Source: Archaeoglobus sp. JdFR-37
Lineage (GTDB): Archaea > Halobacteriota > Archaeoglobi > Archaeoglobales > Archaeoglobaceae
Length of the DNA stretch: 56,138 bases
Reading direction: 5' to 3'
NCBI GenBank assembly: GCA_002010215.1
Contig: MTMY01000032.1
Span: forward strand, 62,001-118,138
Shown: positions 30,534 to 39,799 of the stretch, one piece after another
Layout of the letters: each line of letters opens with the position of its first letter
How positions within the stretch are numbered: position 1 is the stretch's first letter
Program-made: the position numbers and the translations under genes
Notes under the pieces: generated by a model
The model's database searches: none
The model's input: only the letters and a program-made list of their open reading frames with translations
Told to the model about the DNA's origin: nothing

Positions 30534-30752
30534 TTACCTGAACCTGACAACCTCAATATCAACTTTCTCGAAATGTTCGTCATCCGTAACAACCCTTGCG
30601 TTTACTGAATTTGCGGCCGCAGCAATAAGAGCGTCTGCTATTGGAATTGCCTTCACCTTATACTCTCCCGCCATCAATGCAACATCTTCATCTATTGCAA
30701 TAACCTTTAGATTTGAAGCTCTTATCTACTCCACTCTCTTTCTTGCTTCGGG
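30534..30752 (-). pseudogene. vapC: VapC/PIN-domain toxin remnant (3' half only, in-frame TAG)
   Basis: Manual translation PEARKRVE*IRASNLKVIAIDEDVALMAGEYKVKAIPIADALIAAAANSVNARVVTDDEHFEKVDIEVVRFR*; ADALIAA and TDDEHF are PIN motifs; 5' half missing. Confidence 0.8.
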
Positions 30753-31400
30753 AGGTTTTCTACTGGTAACAGCTTTACTCGCTTCACTTTTATTGAATGA
30801 GAATTACGGAGATCGTAAAACTCCCTATACGGTTTTCTTAAAAGAGGCCTTTTCAAAAGTCTCTGAATCTGATACCTTAAAGTGGTTGGTTGATGGTATT
30901 GCGATGTTTAATGTTGCCTACCTCTTCTACATGTTCACCTATCAGCTATTTCTTCTGAATAAGGGTTTGAATATAGTTTTTCTGGGATTTGTGTTCTCTC
31001 TTCTGGTGATTGTGAGAGCGCTTTTCAGCTTTTTAAGCAGTTCTCTTGGAAAAAGAGTCTCCTATATAATAGCCCAACTACTGGGCACTGGTGATTCCGG
31101 GCATGGGATATACGGTGATGGCAATTGCCCAAAACATAATAACAGCTGTAATTGGCCCGATTTTGATTGAAGTGTGCATAGGCTGTGGTTTCCTACCAGT
31201 ATGGTGTGGATAAATGAGATTATTTCCTCTTCTCATAGAGCAACGCTACTTTCATTCATGAGCACGCTCTCCTCTCCATATTAATGGGGGTTCTTGTAAT
31301 TGGGCCAATGATAGACACTTGGATGTTAAGTCGAATATATCTTATTGCCGTAGTATTTCTCTGCTTTCTACTTTGATACTATACAGAGCATCAGTCATGT
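30751..31400 (+). pseudogene. MFS transporter remnant (3' half, several frameshifts); right end approximate
   Basis: GGFLLVTALLASLLLNENYGD..., then in shifted frames YWALVIPGMGY... and LWFPTSMVWINEIISSSHRATLLSFMSTL (MFS RATxxS motif). Confidence 0.75.
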
Positions 31401-31432
31401 ATAGGAGAGTGAGAGGTATAAGTTTAGAATAG

Positions 31433-31687
31433 TTATTCAGACCCTATCATCTCCGCAACTTCTTCACCTACGGGAGTTCTCCGATATACTCTCCCCACTT
31501 TTTCATCAGGGGTCAGACATTCTATCAGACCCTCTCTTTCCAGCTCTTTAAGGGCTCTGCTGACTTTTGAGAGGTTCAACTTTAATTTTCCCGCGATTTG
31601 TGTCGGTGTTTTTGGGTTTGAAAGTGTGAGTAACACAGCTTTTCTATTTTTTCCCCTTATAACAAAACTGTATTTTAACCAATTCAT
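31433..31687 (-). CDS. Small winged-helix transcriptional regulator (ArsR/MarR-like)
   Basis: PKTPTQIA...SKVSRALKELEREGLI...GRVYRRTPVG. Confidence 0.85.
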   Translation of the reverse strand: MNWLKYSFVIRGKNRKAVLLTLSNPKTPTQIAGKLKLNLSKVSRALKELEREGLIECLTPDEKVGRVYRRTPVGEEVAEMIGSE

Positions 31688-31789
31688 CTATTTCCATCGC
31701 TCCAAAAAAGTTATGAATCCTTTATTACCACCCTATTACCAACAACTTACTGAAGTATTATAAAAAAGTGTGTGAGTAGTGAGTAGTGT

Positions 31790-32476
31790 ATGCATAAGGA
31801 TGAATGGGAGAATTTTAACTTGGATGTAGTATCCAAATTTGAAAACTTGAGAATCAAAATACTCTATGACTCCCCCTATGCCCTAAGAAGTCTACTGTTT
31901 TACCATATAATTCCCCAGTTCTCTCCAAAAAACATCTTTATAGCAGTGTATTCAGACACCATGCAGAGGAGACTGGAGAAAACTTACGAGTCCATGGCAA
32001 GAATTTCTCCCGAGATAGCCGAAATTCTTGGAAAGGCGAAGATTATAAAAATCGGAAGCAATGATTCTATATCCTTTGGGAAACTGCAGCATTCAATACC
32101 TATGGATTCTGAGTGGCTCAAGACATTCATGAAAATTCTAGAAGGGTTGAGTGATAGAGACCTGATGCTTTTCCATGGATTCTCTCTGTTGCCTAGAATA
32201 TATGGCGAATCATCTCTCAAATACGTGCTCGATTTATTTGAGTCAATACCTGATGGACCTACGATCATAAGCAAGTCTCACAGGAGTATTTACGACGAAA
32301 GGACTAACATGTTCATAAATATGCTCTACGACATAATTCTTAGAATAGAGAAGATCGAGGACGTGGGGCTTGAGGAATTTTACAAAATAGGCGTAACTCA
32401 GAGCATTGTTATGGACGTGAGGCCAGGATTTTCGAGATTCAAGATAGACAGGAGTGGTAGGCTGGTTGAAGTTTAG
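31790..32476 (+). CDS. Hypothetical protein, possibly a degenerate KaiC/RecA-fold (DUF257-like)
   Basis: 228-aa ORF; KIIKIG, FHGFS, MLYDIILRIEK pattern resembles 24586-25254. Confidence 0.5.
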   Translation: MHKDEWENFNLDVVSKFENLRIKILYDSPYALRSLLFYHIIPQFSPKNIFIAVYSDTMQRRLEKTYESMARISPEIAEILGKAKIIKIGSNDSISFGKLQHSIPMDSEWLKTFMKILEGLSDRDLMLFHGFSLLPRIYGESSLKYVLDLFESIPDGPTIISKSHRSIYDERTNMFINMLYDIILRIEKIEDVGLEEFYKIGVTQSIVMDVRPGFSRFKIDRSGRLVEV

Positions 32477-32630
32477 CTCTGCCTGTTTCTGCAGACCTCT
32501 AAATCCAATTCCCAATTTCAAGAGAGTGTAGTATCTTACACCTTAAGTGACCGGAACGAAGGGCTAGGTGGGAGGGTAAAAAGGAAAAATAGTGCTGGTT
32601 AATCAGTGTTAGTTAGAATAATGTCAAACT

Positions 32631-33158
32631 CTAATCCTGCAGGTAAACTGTGGCTGTCTTAGGACTCTTCCCACCTTTGATGAAATGATAATGCTCGTAG
32701 GTCATAACTTCTTTGTCATCAAGCACCTCAGCGTCCACCAATTCTCCAACAAAGAGTGTGTGAGAATTCACATCCATTTCCTTCACCACTTTAGCCTCCA
32801 CATAAGCAACAGCATTATCCAGAACAATTGGAACTCCTGTTTTACCTATCTTATAGTTTATTTTTTGGAATTTATTGTAGTCCCTTCCACTTCTAAAGCC
32901 AAACATACCGATAAACGTCAAAGGTGTGTCTTTAGCTAGAACTGAGGCAGCGAACACACCGCTATCCTTGATGTACTGATGTGTCAGGTTTTCTTTGTTA
33001 ATGCATGCTGCAACCAGAATGGGGTCGGATGAGACCTGAAAGACTGTGTTTGCAATCATGCCATTGTATTTCCTACCATCCCTACCATTTCCTTCTTTTT
33101 TTACAGATGTAACGATGTAGAGACCATAACTGATTCTGTAAAGGGCTTGGAGATTCAT
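32631..33158 (-). CDS. Flavin reductase-like FMN-binding protein
   Basis: ISYGLYIVTS, NTVFQV, FGFRSGRD, HTLFVGE, MTYEHYH. Confidence 0.9.
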   Translation of the reverse strand: MNLQALYRISYGLYIVTSVKKEGNGRDGRKYNGMIANTVFQVSSDPILVAACINKENLTHQYIKDSGVFAASVLAKDTPLTFIGMFGFRSGRDYNKFQKINYKIGKTGVPIVLDNAVAYVEAKVVKEMDVNSHTLFVGELVDAEVLDDKEVMTYEHYHFIKGGKSPKTATVYLQD

Positions 33159-33259
33159 AAATAGTGGGTGTTTCGCTCCTTAATATTTCCTTTGGGAAAC
33201 CCTACTGTTGAACGCTTTTCAAACATCATGCTTATATAATACCGAAGGAAAAAACAGCC

Positions 33260-34900
33260 ATGCGCAGTGAAGAAGTTAAGAAGGGCATCGAGAGGACTGC
33301 TCACAGAGCTCTTCTGAAAGCTCTCGGTCTGACGGATGATGATATGGAAAAACCCTTTATCGGGATTGCCAATGCTTACAACACCATCGTTCCTGGCCAT
33401 ATGAGCCTTGACAGAATTACACAAGCTGTTAAAGAAGGAATTATTGCTGCTGGAGGTGTCCCCTTTGAATTTGGGACCATAGGGATTTGCGATGGTATTG
33501 CTATGGGGCACGAGGGAATGTGTTACGCACTGCCTTCCAGAGAGCTCATTGCAGACTCAATAGAGGCGATGGTTGAAGCCCATCGCTTCGATGGACTCGT
33601 TGTTGTTGGTTCCTGCGATAAGATCGTACCTGGCATGCTCATGGCCATGCTCCGCCTCAACATTCCTGCCATCGCAGTAACAGGGGGCCCAATGCTCCCC
33701 GAAAAAATCGGGGAGAGGTACGTTACAATTTCAACGGCTTTCGAGGCAGCAGGAATATACAAGGCGGGAAATCTGGATGATGCCGGTCTGAAGCTATACG
33801 AGGACTTCTGTGCAGCCTACTGCGGGAGCTGTCAGGGGCTTTATACAGCCAATACCATGCAGATCATGACCGAAACCCTCGGTTTAAGCTTGCCCTACAC
33901 CTCTACATCTCCATGTGGCTCCTCAAGAAAGCTCCGTATCGCAAAGGAGGCTGGGAAAAGAGCTGTTGAGCTTGTTAAAGGCGATATCAAGCCTCTGGAT
34001 TTTGTCAACGAGAGCTCCTTCCGAAATGCAATCACTATGGACATGCTCATAGGCGGCTCAACAAACACAGTCCTTCATCTCCCAGCCATTGCAAGGGAGG
34101 CAGGAATAAAGCTGGATGTAGACCTTTTCGACGAAATAGGCAGGAAGACCCCCCACATCGTTGCACTCGATCCGGCAAGCGAGCTAACAATGATGCATCT
34201 TGATGAGAGTGGAGGGGTGCCTATGATATTCAGAAAGGCAAAAAAGCTCTTCAGCAACGAGATGACTGTTAGCGGTAAAAGAGTTTACGAGATTGCTGAA
34301 TCAGCATTTGTGAGGGCCTCAGACATCATTCATAACCTTGACAACCCAATCCACAAAGAAGGGGGAATTGCTATACTAAAGGGGAATCTTGCAAAGGCTG
34401 CCGTTGTCAAAGCTGCCGCTGTCCAGGAAAGCATGCTGAGGTTTGAAGGTAATGCAAAGGTTTTCGATTCGGAAAAGGAAGCAATGAAGGCAATCCTTGG
34501 CAGCGAGATTGAAGAGGGAGATATTGTCGTCATTCGCTACATGGGGCCAAAAGGTGCTCCTGGTATGCCAGAAATGCTCATGCCCACAGCAGCCATTGCG
34601 GGAATGGGGCTTGAGAGAGTGGCTTTAATAACAGATGGACGCTTCAGCGGAGCGACCAGAGGGCCGTGCATAGGGCACGTTTCTCCCGAGGCTATGATAG
34701 GCGGTATGATTGCCTTCGTTGAGGATGGAGACGTTATCAGCATCGATATACCCTCTAGAAAGCTTGAGCTAAAGGTCGATGAGGATGAGATTGAATCCAG
34801 AAAGGAGAAGTGGAAGCCTCCTGAGAGGAAATTGAGGGGTTATCTCGCCAAATATGCGAAACTTGTAAGTCAGGCAGATGTAGGAGCCGTTCTTGAATAA
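33260..34900 (+). CDS. ilvD: Dihydroxy-acid dehydratase
   Basis: [40 protein letters not shown]. Confidence 0.97.
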   Translation: MRSEEVKKGIERTAHRALLKALGLTDDDMEKPFIGIANAYNTIVPGHMSLDRITQAVKEGIIAAGGVPFEFGTIGICDGIAMGHEGMCYALPSRELIADSIEAMVEAHRFDGLVVVGSCDKIVPGMLMAMLRLNIPAIAVTGGPMLPEKIGERYVTISTAFEAAGIYKAGNLDDAGLKLYEDFCAAYCGSCQGLYTANTMQIMTETLGLSLPYTSTSPCGSSRKLRIAKEAGKRAVELVKGDIKPLDFVNESSFRNAITMDMLIGGSTNTVLHLPAIAREAGIKLDVDLFDEIGRKTPHIVALDPASELTMMHLDESGGVPMIFRKAKKLFSNEMTVSGKRVYEIAESAFVRASDIIHNLDNPIHKEGGIAILKGNLAKAAVVKAAAVQESMLRFEGNAKVFDSEKEAMKAILGSEIEEGDIVVIRYMGPKGAPGMPEMLMPTAAIAGMGLERVALITDGRFSGATRGPCIGHVSPEAMIGGMIAFVEDGDVISIDIPSRKLELKVDEDEIESRKEKWKPPERKLRGYLAKYAKLVSQADVGAVLE

Positions 34901-34966
34901 TTTGACTATTTATATTTTATTTAACAAAAAGAATAGTGCTTTATCAACTCGCCGCAAACATTCCCT

Positions 34967-35728
34967 ATGAAAAAACTGAAAGGATTTTTGGGAGGTCTGG
35001 CAGCCTTCATATTTCTGGTTCTGATGTTCCAGAATCTCGCCGCAAACGGTGATGCTACTGCCATGGGTAATGGCACCATAGAGGTGGGCGGCTTCGGCAA
35101 GGTTTCTGTTGAACCGGATGAAGGGCACGTTATTGTTTCGGTGGAAGTTGAGGCTGCAAAGGCAAGCGATGCGGCCAGCAAAAATGCCGAGATAGTCAAC
35201 AAAGTTATTGCCAAAATAAAGGCTACTGGAGTGGAAAACATAAAGACGAAGAGCTACAGGGTTGAGCCAATATACCAATGGGTGGAAAAGCCAATAGAGC
35301 CGATAGAATCGATACCATACGAATCCAGTAAAGGAGGTGTGGTCAAAAGGAGCGAGATAGTGGGATACAGGGCATACACATCACTGGAAGTAGTAGCTCA
35401 TCCTGAAATGGTTGGAAAGGTAATAGATGCGGCCATGGAAGGTGGGGCAAACAGAATAGATTCAGTGTTCTTCACCCTATCAGAGGATGCTAGAAAAGAT
35501 GCATACGAGGTAGCTCTGAGGAAGGCTGTTGGAGACGCCAAGAACAAGGCAGAAGTTGTTGCTGAGGAGCTTGGGATAGAGAATTACAGGATTGCAAAGG
35601 TGACAGTTGGATATGGATACATCCCAGCCCCAGTATATGAAGTTAAAGCGGTATCTGCACAAACCACAATAATTCCCTCAGAAGTGGAGGTGAGTGCCAC
35701 TGTTAACCTGATTTATGAGTTTTCTTAA
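34967..35728 (+). CDS. SIMPL (DUF541) domain protein with N-terminal membrane anchor
   Basis: TIEVGGFGKVSVEPD, IVGYRA, GANRI, AVGDAKNKAE, IIPSEVEVSATV. Confidence 0.9.
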   Translation: MKKLKGFLGGLAAFIFLVLMFQNLAANGDATAMGNGTIEVGGFGKVSVEPDEGHVIVSVEVEAAKASDAASKNAEIVNKVIAKIKATGVENIKTKSYRVEPIYQWVEKPIEPIESIPYESSKGGVVKRSEIVGYRAYTSLEVVAHPEMVGKVIDAAMEGGANRIDSVFFTLSEDARKDAYEVALRKAVGDAKNKAEVVAEELGIENYRIAKVTVGYGYIPAPVYEVKAVSAQTTIIPSEVEVSATVNLIYEFS

Positions 35729-35930
35729 TTTTTTCAATTTTTGAGATTTTTGAGTTGAGTGAATCACCTGCTCCCCGCTGGCAACCCAGTAACCCGAATT
35801 CGGGAATTACCGAATGATAACAAGCTTCCAAAATTGAAGCTCCGGGACGGAGGAGGGGTAGGGTGGGCGGGATAAAAACTAAATTGAGGGTGTTAAAAAC
35901 GAACATGCAGATAAGGACAAAGACAAATCG

Positions 35931-36611
35931 CTATCTTGTATCGAACTCCTTTCCTTCAGCTGCATCCTTCAGGAAATCAAGGAAGAATTTTTCAGGATAA
36001 GACCCGATGAACTGAACAGTGTTTCCCTTCTCTAAATTCTGGATTACAGTGTGAGGGACTCCCATAACACCCCATTTCTCTGCCTTCTGAGGGAACTGCG
36101 AGGCTTCAATCATCACACCCTTTATTCTCTCATTAACCATGGCTGCCTGGTGGGCCAGCATTACTGCGCTTGGACAGTAGGGACAGGTTGGGGTAACATA
36201 AACCTCAATTTTCAGATTGGCATCTATCTCAGATAGTGCATTTATCGCCTCATTGGTTATCTCCAGATGGTGGGAAGAAATCATCATGATGTCTTTAACC
36301 AGCGTGGTGAACTCATAACCCATCGGCGTTCCAAGAAAAACCACTCTGCCGTTAAGCTCTTCTTCCGCATCGGTAAGAATTAATGTGGGAGCTCCCTCCA
36401 CTTCATAATTTCTGGCTTTTTCATCCTGAACACTATAGGTCTCCAGCTTAATGAGATTCGATAACTCAGCCACTTCCTTCAACAACGCCTCTGTATCATC
36501 GCAGTGTTTGCACTCCTCTTCTCTAAAAATCAGGGCTTTTACCTCTTCCTTCAAAATCTTATCAAACCGTTCCGTAAGGAACTTCCTGTCCTCTTCCCTA
36601 AGCAACCCCAT
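35931..36611 (-). CDS. Protein disulfide oxidoreductase (two thioredoxin/glutaredoxin units)
   Basis: CKHC and TCPYCP sites, GTPMGYEF, VMGVPH. Confidence 0.92.
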   Translation of the reverse strand: MGLLREEDRKFLTERFDKILKEEVKALIFREEECKHCDDTEALLKEVAELSNLIKLETYSVQDEKARNYEVEGAPTLILTDAEEELNGRVVFLGTPMGYEFTTLVKDIMMISSHHLEITNEAINALSEIDANLKIEVYVTPTCPYCPSAVMLAHQAAMVNERIKGVMIEASQFPQKAEKWGVMGVPHTVIQNLEKGNTVQFIGSYPEKFFLDFLKDAAEGKEFDTR

Positions 36612-36674
36612 TTTATTAAGCCCCACTTAAAGCTTTACACAAAATTTATTAATTTTTCACTTAAGCTTTTTAAC

Positions 36675-37151
36675 TTAAGCCTCGCAAACCTCTCCGTGTT
36701 CGTGGTCTTCTTCCTCTTCACCCTTCTCCATCTTCTCAAGTTCTTTCTCTAACCCAAGCTGCTTTATCCGGTCAAAGTCACCCTTTTTGCGGAGGTAGTC
36801 TACTATCGCCCTCCTCAGCGCATCCGCTGCCAGATTGGAGCAGTGCATTTTAGGTGCTGGTAAACCCCCAAGGGCTTCTGCGACAGTCTGCCGGGTGATT
36901 TTCAGGGCCTCCTCCAGCGTCTTCCCCTTTGCAAGCTCTGTAGCCATACTACTTGTTGCAATTGCCGCTCCGCATCCAAACGTCTGGAATTTTATGTCCA
37001 CGATGCGGTCATCTTCCACCTTTATGTACATTGTCATGAGGTCGCCGCAAACCGGGTTGCCGACTGTGCCAACTCCGTCTGCGTCCTCTATTACACCAAC
37101 ATTCCTTGGATTCCTGAAGTGCTCCATTACTTTCTCACTATACACTCCCAT
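36675..37151 (-). CDS. iscU: Fe-S cluster scaffold IscU/NifU-N
   Basis: HFRNPRNVG, GNPVCGD, FGCGAAIA, KMHCSNLA. Confidence 0.96.
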   Translation of the reverse strand: MGVYSEKVMEHFRNPRNVGVIEDADGVGTVGNPVCGDLMTMYIKVEDDRIVDIKFQTFGCGAAIATSSMATELAKGKTLEEALKITRQTVAEALGGLPAPKMHCSNLAADALRRAIVDYLRKKGDFDRIKQLGLEKELEKMEKGEEEEDHEHGEVCEA

Positions 37152-38305
37152 CACCTCCTCCGGTAGAGTGGAGACATCATTCTGAGTCTCTCCACGATGC
37201 CCGGAAGTTTTTCAAGAACGTAATCTACATCCTCCTCTTTCGAATACCTTCCCAGAGTGAACAGCACGCTTCCATGAGCCTCTTCATGCTTCAAACCTAA
37301 AGCCATAAGCACATGACTGGGCTGGAGGGTTTTTGATGTGCAAGCAGAGCCGGTAGATGCCTGAATATCCTCCATATCCAAGCTGAGAAGAATGGATTCG
37401 CCCTCCACGTAATTGAACCTAACTGCAATGTTATTGGGCAGCCTCTTCTCTGGATGTCCGTTGAGGTACGATTCTTCAACTGCCTTCAGAATTCCATCAA
37501 TCATCTTGTCTCTCATCTTCGCAAGCCTTTCTGCCTCGCTTCTCCACTCTTGCTTTGCAATTTCTGCGGCCTTTCCGAAGCCCACGATTCCTGCCACGTT
37601 CTCAGTTCCGCCTCTCAGCCCGAACTCCTGGCCGCCACCCAGCATGATGGGCTGAATTTTCACTCCTTTACGAATATAAAGCCCGCCTACTCCTCTCGGC
37701 CCATATATGTCGTTGGAAGAGAGCGTAACTAGGTCAGCATTCATCTTTTCAACATCAACCTCTATCTTCCCAAGGCTTGCTGTTGCATCCACGTGGAAGG
37801 CAGCATTTTTGCTCTTCACAACTTCTCCTATCCTCTCTATTTCCTGAATTGTACCGATTTCTGATGAGGCGTGCTGAACTGAAACCAGAATTGTATCGTC
37901 TCTTATTGCTTCCTCAATTGAATCTACGCTCACTATGCCGTATCTGTCAACAGGGATATACGTCACCTCAAAGCCATTTTTCTGGAGATATTTGCAAACG
38001 TTAATGATGGATATGTGTTCAATTGCCGTCGTTACTATATGCTTGCCCTTAGAAGCATTTCTCATGGCGTAACCTATGATTGCCAGATTGTTGGATTCCG
38101 TTGCACCGCTGGTAAAGATTACTTCATCGGCATTTGCGTTTATAAGCTCTGCAACTTTCTGTCTTGCTTCTTCAACAGCATTCCTTGCCTTTAGACCTAC
38201 AGAATGGACAGAAGATGGGTTGCCTGGCTCTTTGAAGTAAGGTACCATCGCCTCTACTACCCTTTCATCAATGGGACAGCCAGCCGCATAATCCATGTAT
38301 GGCAT
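37151..38305 (-). CDS. iscS: IscS-family cysteine desulfurase homologue lacking the PLP Schiff-base lysine
   Basis: [25 protein letters not shown] where SxHKxYGP is expected, STGSACTS. Confidence 0.93.
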   Translation of the reverse strand: MPYMDYAAGCPIDERVVEAMVPYFKEPGNPSSVHSVGLKARNAVEEARQKVAELINANADEVIFTSGATESNNLAIIGYAMRNASKGKHIVTTAIEHISIINVCKYLQKNGFEVTYIPVDRYGIVSVDSIEEAIRDDTILVSVQHASSEIGTIQEIERIGEVVKSKNAAFHVDATASLGKIEVDVEKMNADLVTLSSNDIYGPRGVGGLYIRKGVKIQPIMLGGGQEFGLRGGTENVAGIVGFGKAAEIAKQEWRSEAERLAKMRDKMIDGILKAVEESYLNGHPEKRLPNNIAVRFNYVEGESILLSLDMEDIQASTGSACTSKTLQPSHVLMALGLKHEEAHGSVLFTLGRYSKEEDVDYVLEKLPGIVERLRMMSPLYRRR

Positions 38306-38345
38306 TTCCAACACCTCAGCTCCTCAACCCCTCAACTCCAAGACC

Positions 38346-38723
38346 TCACACAAACATGGATGCATCTGCTTCAAGCAGGAGGTCGTTAAGGGTTGCTGCA
38401 CCCACGACCTTCACACCTTCAACAATGTTCCCCTTATCAATTCCCAGCAGATCCGCACTTCTGTCGCACACCATCATCTCAACACCGCTTTGCATCGCTT
38501 GCTCCATCACTTCCTTCAGCGTCGGAAACTCGCCAATTTTTATTTTCTCAGCCTCACCCTTCTTGACAACCGTAACACCCTTTATAACGAAATATATAAC
38601 AGCATCCAAATCCATAGCTTTGGCAGTTGTAGCCAGAATGAACGGAGCATAAAGCCTTTCGGGAGTGTCAACCCCGCTCGTAACAACATAAACAATCTTC
38701 TTCCGCTCTCCCATTCCAATCAC
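38346..38723 (-). CDS. DsrE family sulfur-carrier protein
   Basis: APFILATTA, YFVIKGV, MVCDRS, VGAAT. Confidence 0.85.
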   Translation of the reverse strand: MIGMGERKKIVYVVTSGVDTPERLYAPFILATTAKAMDLDAVIYFVIKGVTVVKKGEAEKIKIGEFPTLKEVMEQAMQSGVEMMVCDRSADLLGIDKGNIVEGVKVVGAATLNDLLLEADASMFV

Positions 38724-38969
38724 CTACTTGGTTTTTTTAATAAGGAACCTGAATACTCCATTACTTTCTTCAAACTTTACAAGCTCATGTCCTGTCCTTT
38801 TGACCCAGCTTTTGATGTCAGATTCAGCAGCAGGATCGTCTGCCAAAATCTCAACCAATTCGCCAACGTTAACCTCCTCAATAGCCTTTCTTGTCATGAA
38901 GATGGGAACAGGGCAGTACATGCCAATACAGTCAACCTTCTTTGCTGGTTTTTCCAAGCTATTTTCCAT
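38724..38969 (-). CDS. tusA: TusA/SirA family sulfurtransferase
   Basis: VDCIGMYCPVP, LADDPAAESDI. Confidence 0.92.
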   Translation of the reverse strand: MENSLEKPAKKVDCIGMYCPVPIFMTRKAIEEVNVGELVEILADDPAAESDIKSWVKRTGHELVKFEESNGVFRFLIKKTK

Positions 38970-39109
38970 GTAACGATGTTAAGTTGACCAATACTTAAAA
39001 GTTTGCTGCCTTATATCTTCGGATGTCAAAGCGGTCAAAGCAGTTAACAACTGGAGGTTCATCAAGGTTCACCGATAAGTTAAAATACCCTTTTAAGGTT
39101 GCGGTCTTG

Positions 39110-39142
39110 CCCGTAGGAGGCGTAGGCCGTTAGGACTACGGG
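39110..39142 (+). promoter_or_regulatory. Putative uL1-binding autoregulatory RNA element in the rpl1 5' leader
   Basis: CCCGUAG-GAG-GC-GUAG-GC-CGUUAGGA-CUACGGG: 7-bp helix with an asymmetric internal loop like known L1 sites; abuts SD GGAGGUGA. Confidence 0.65.
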
Positions 39143-39153
39143 GAGGTGATAAG

Positions 39154-39798
39154 TTGCTGGTGGCGAAAGAAAAGCTGGAAGAAGCCATAAGTGAGGCTGT
39201 AAATGGGGCAAAGCCGAGAAAGTTCCTTGAGACTGTAGAATTAGCCGTTAATCTGAGGAACGTCGATATGAGAAAGCCCGAAAACAGAATTGATGCTATT
39301 GTAACACTTCCGCATGGAGTTGGGAAGCCTAGGAAGGTAGGAGTTTTTGCCAGAGGAGACACTGCACTTAAGGCGAAGGATGTTGCTGATGCCGTTTTCT
39401 CTCCTGAAGATATTGATGAGTTGGCAAAGAATAAAAGACAGGCAAAGAAGATTGCAAATCAGATTGATTTTTTCATAGCTGAGGCAACCCTCATGCCCGA
39501 AATAGGTAAAAAGTTGGGCCCTGTTCTGGGGCCAAGAGGTAAAATCCCCCAGCCCATACCACCTCTTTCTGATCCTACACCAGTTATTGAGAGGTTGAAG
39601 AGGTCTGTTAAGATAAGAACCAGAGATAAGCTAACGTTTCATGCCCCTATAGGCACAAAAGACATGGACGTGGAGAAACTTGCCGAAAATGCTCTGGAGA
39701 TTCTCAAAGTCGTTGAAAATAAATATGAGAATGCGACAAACAGCGTGAAGTCAGTTTATGTGAAAACCACAATGGGTCCTGCTGTGAAGGTGATCTGA
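39154..39798 (+). CDS. rpl1: 50S ribosomal protein uL1
   Basis: RKFLETVELAVNL, LGPVLGPRGK, VKTTMGP; TTG start after GGAGGTGA. Confidence 0.97.
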   Translation: MLVAKEKLEEAISEAVNGAKPRKFLETVELAVNLRNVDMRKPENRIDAIVTLPHGVGKPRKVGVFARGDTALKAKDVADAVFSPEDIDELAKNKRQAKKIANQIDFFIAEATLMPEIGKKLGPVLGPRGKIPQPIPPLSDPTPVIERLKRSVKIRTRDKLTFHAPIGTKDMDVEKLAENALEILKVVENKYENATNSVKSVYVKTTMGPAVKVI

Positions 39799-39799
39799 A

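Noticed and set aside
30726..30728. In-frame TAG in vapC as pyrrolysine or readthrough
   Set aside because: The gene also lacks its 5' half, no pyl genes are in the window, and the neighbouring MFS is decayed, so a nonsense mutation is simpler.
39191..39226. Methanococcus-type uL1 site inside the rpl1 coding region (GAGGCU...AGCCGAGAAA)
   Set aside because: The closing helix pairs poorly and the similarity is explained by conserved codons (EA...KPRKF); the leader element fits better.
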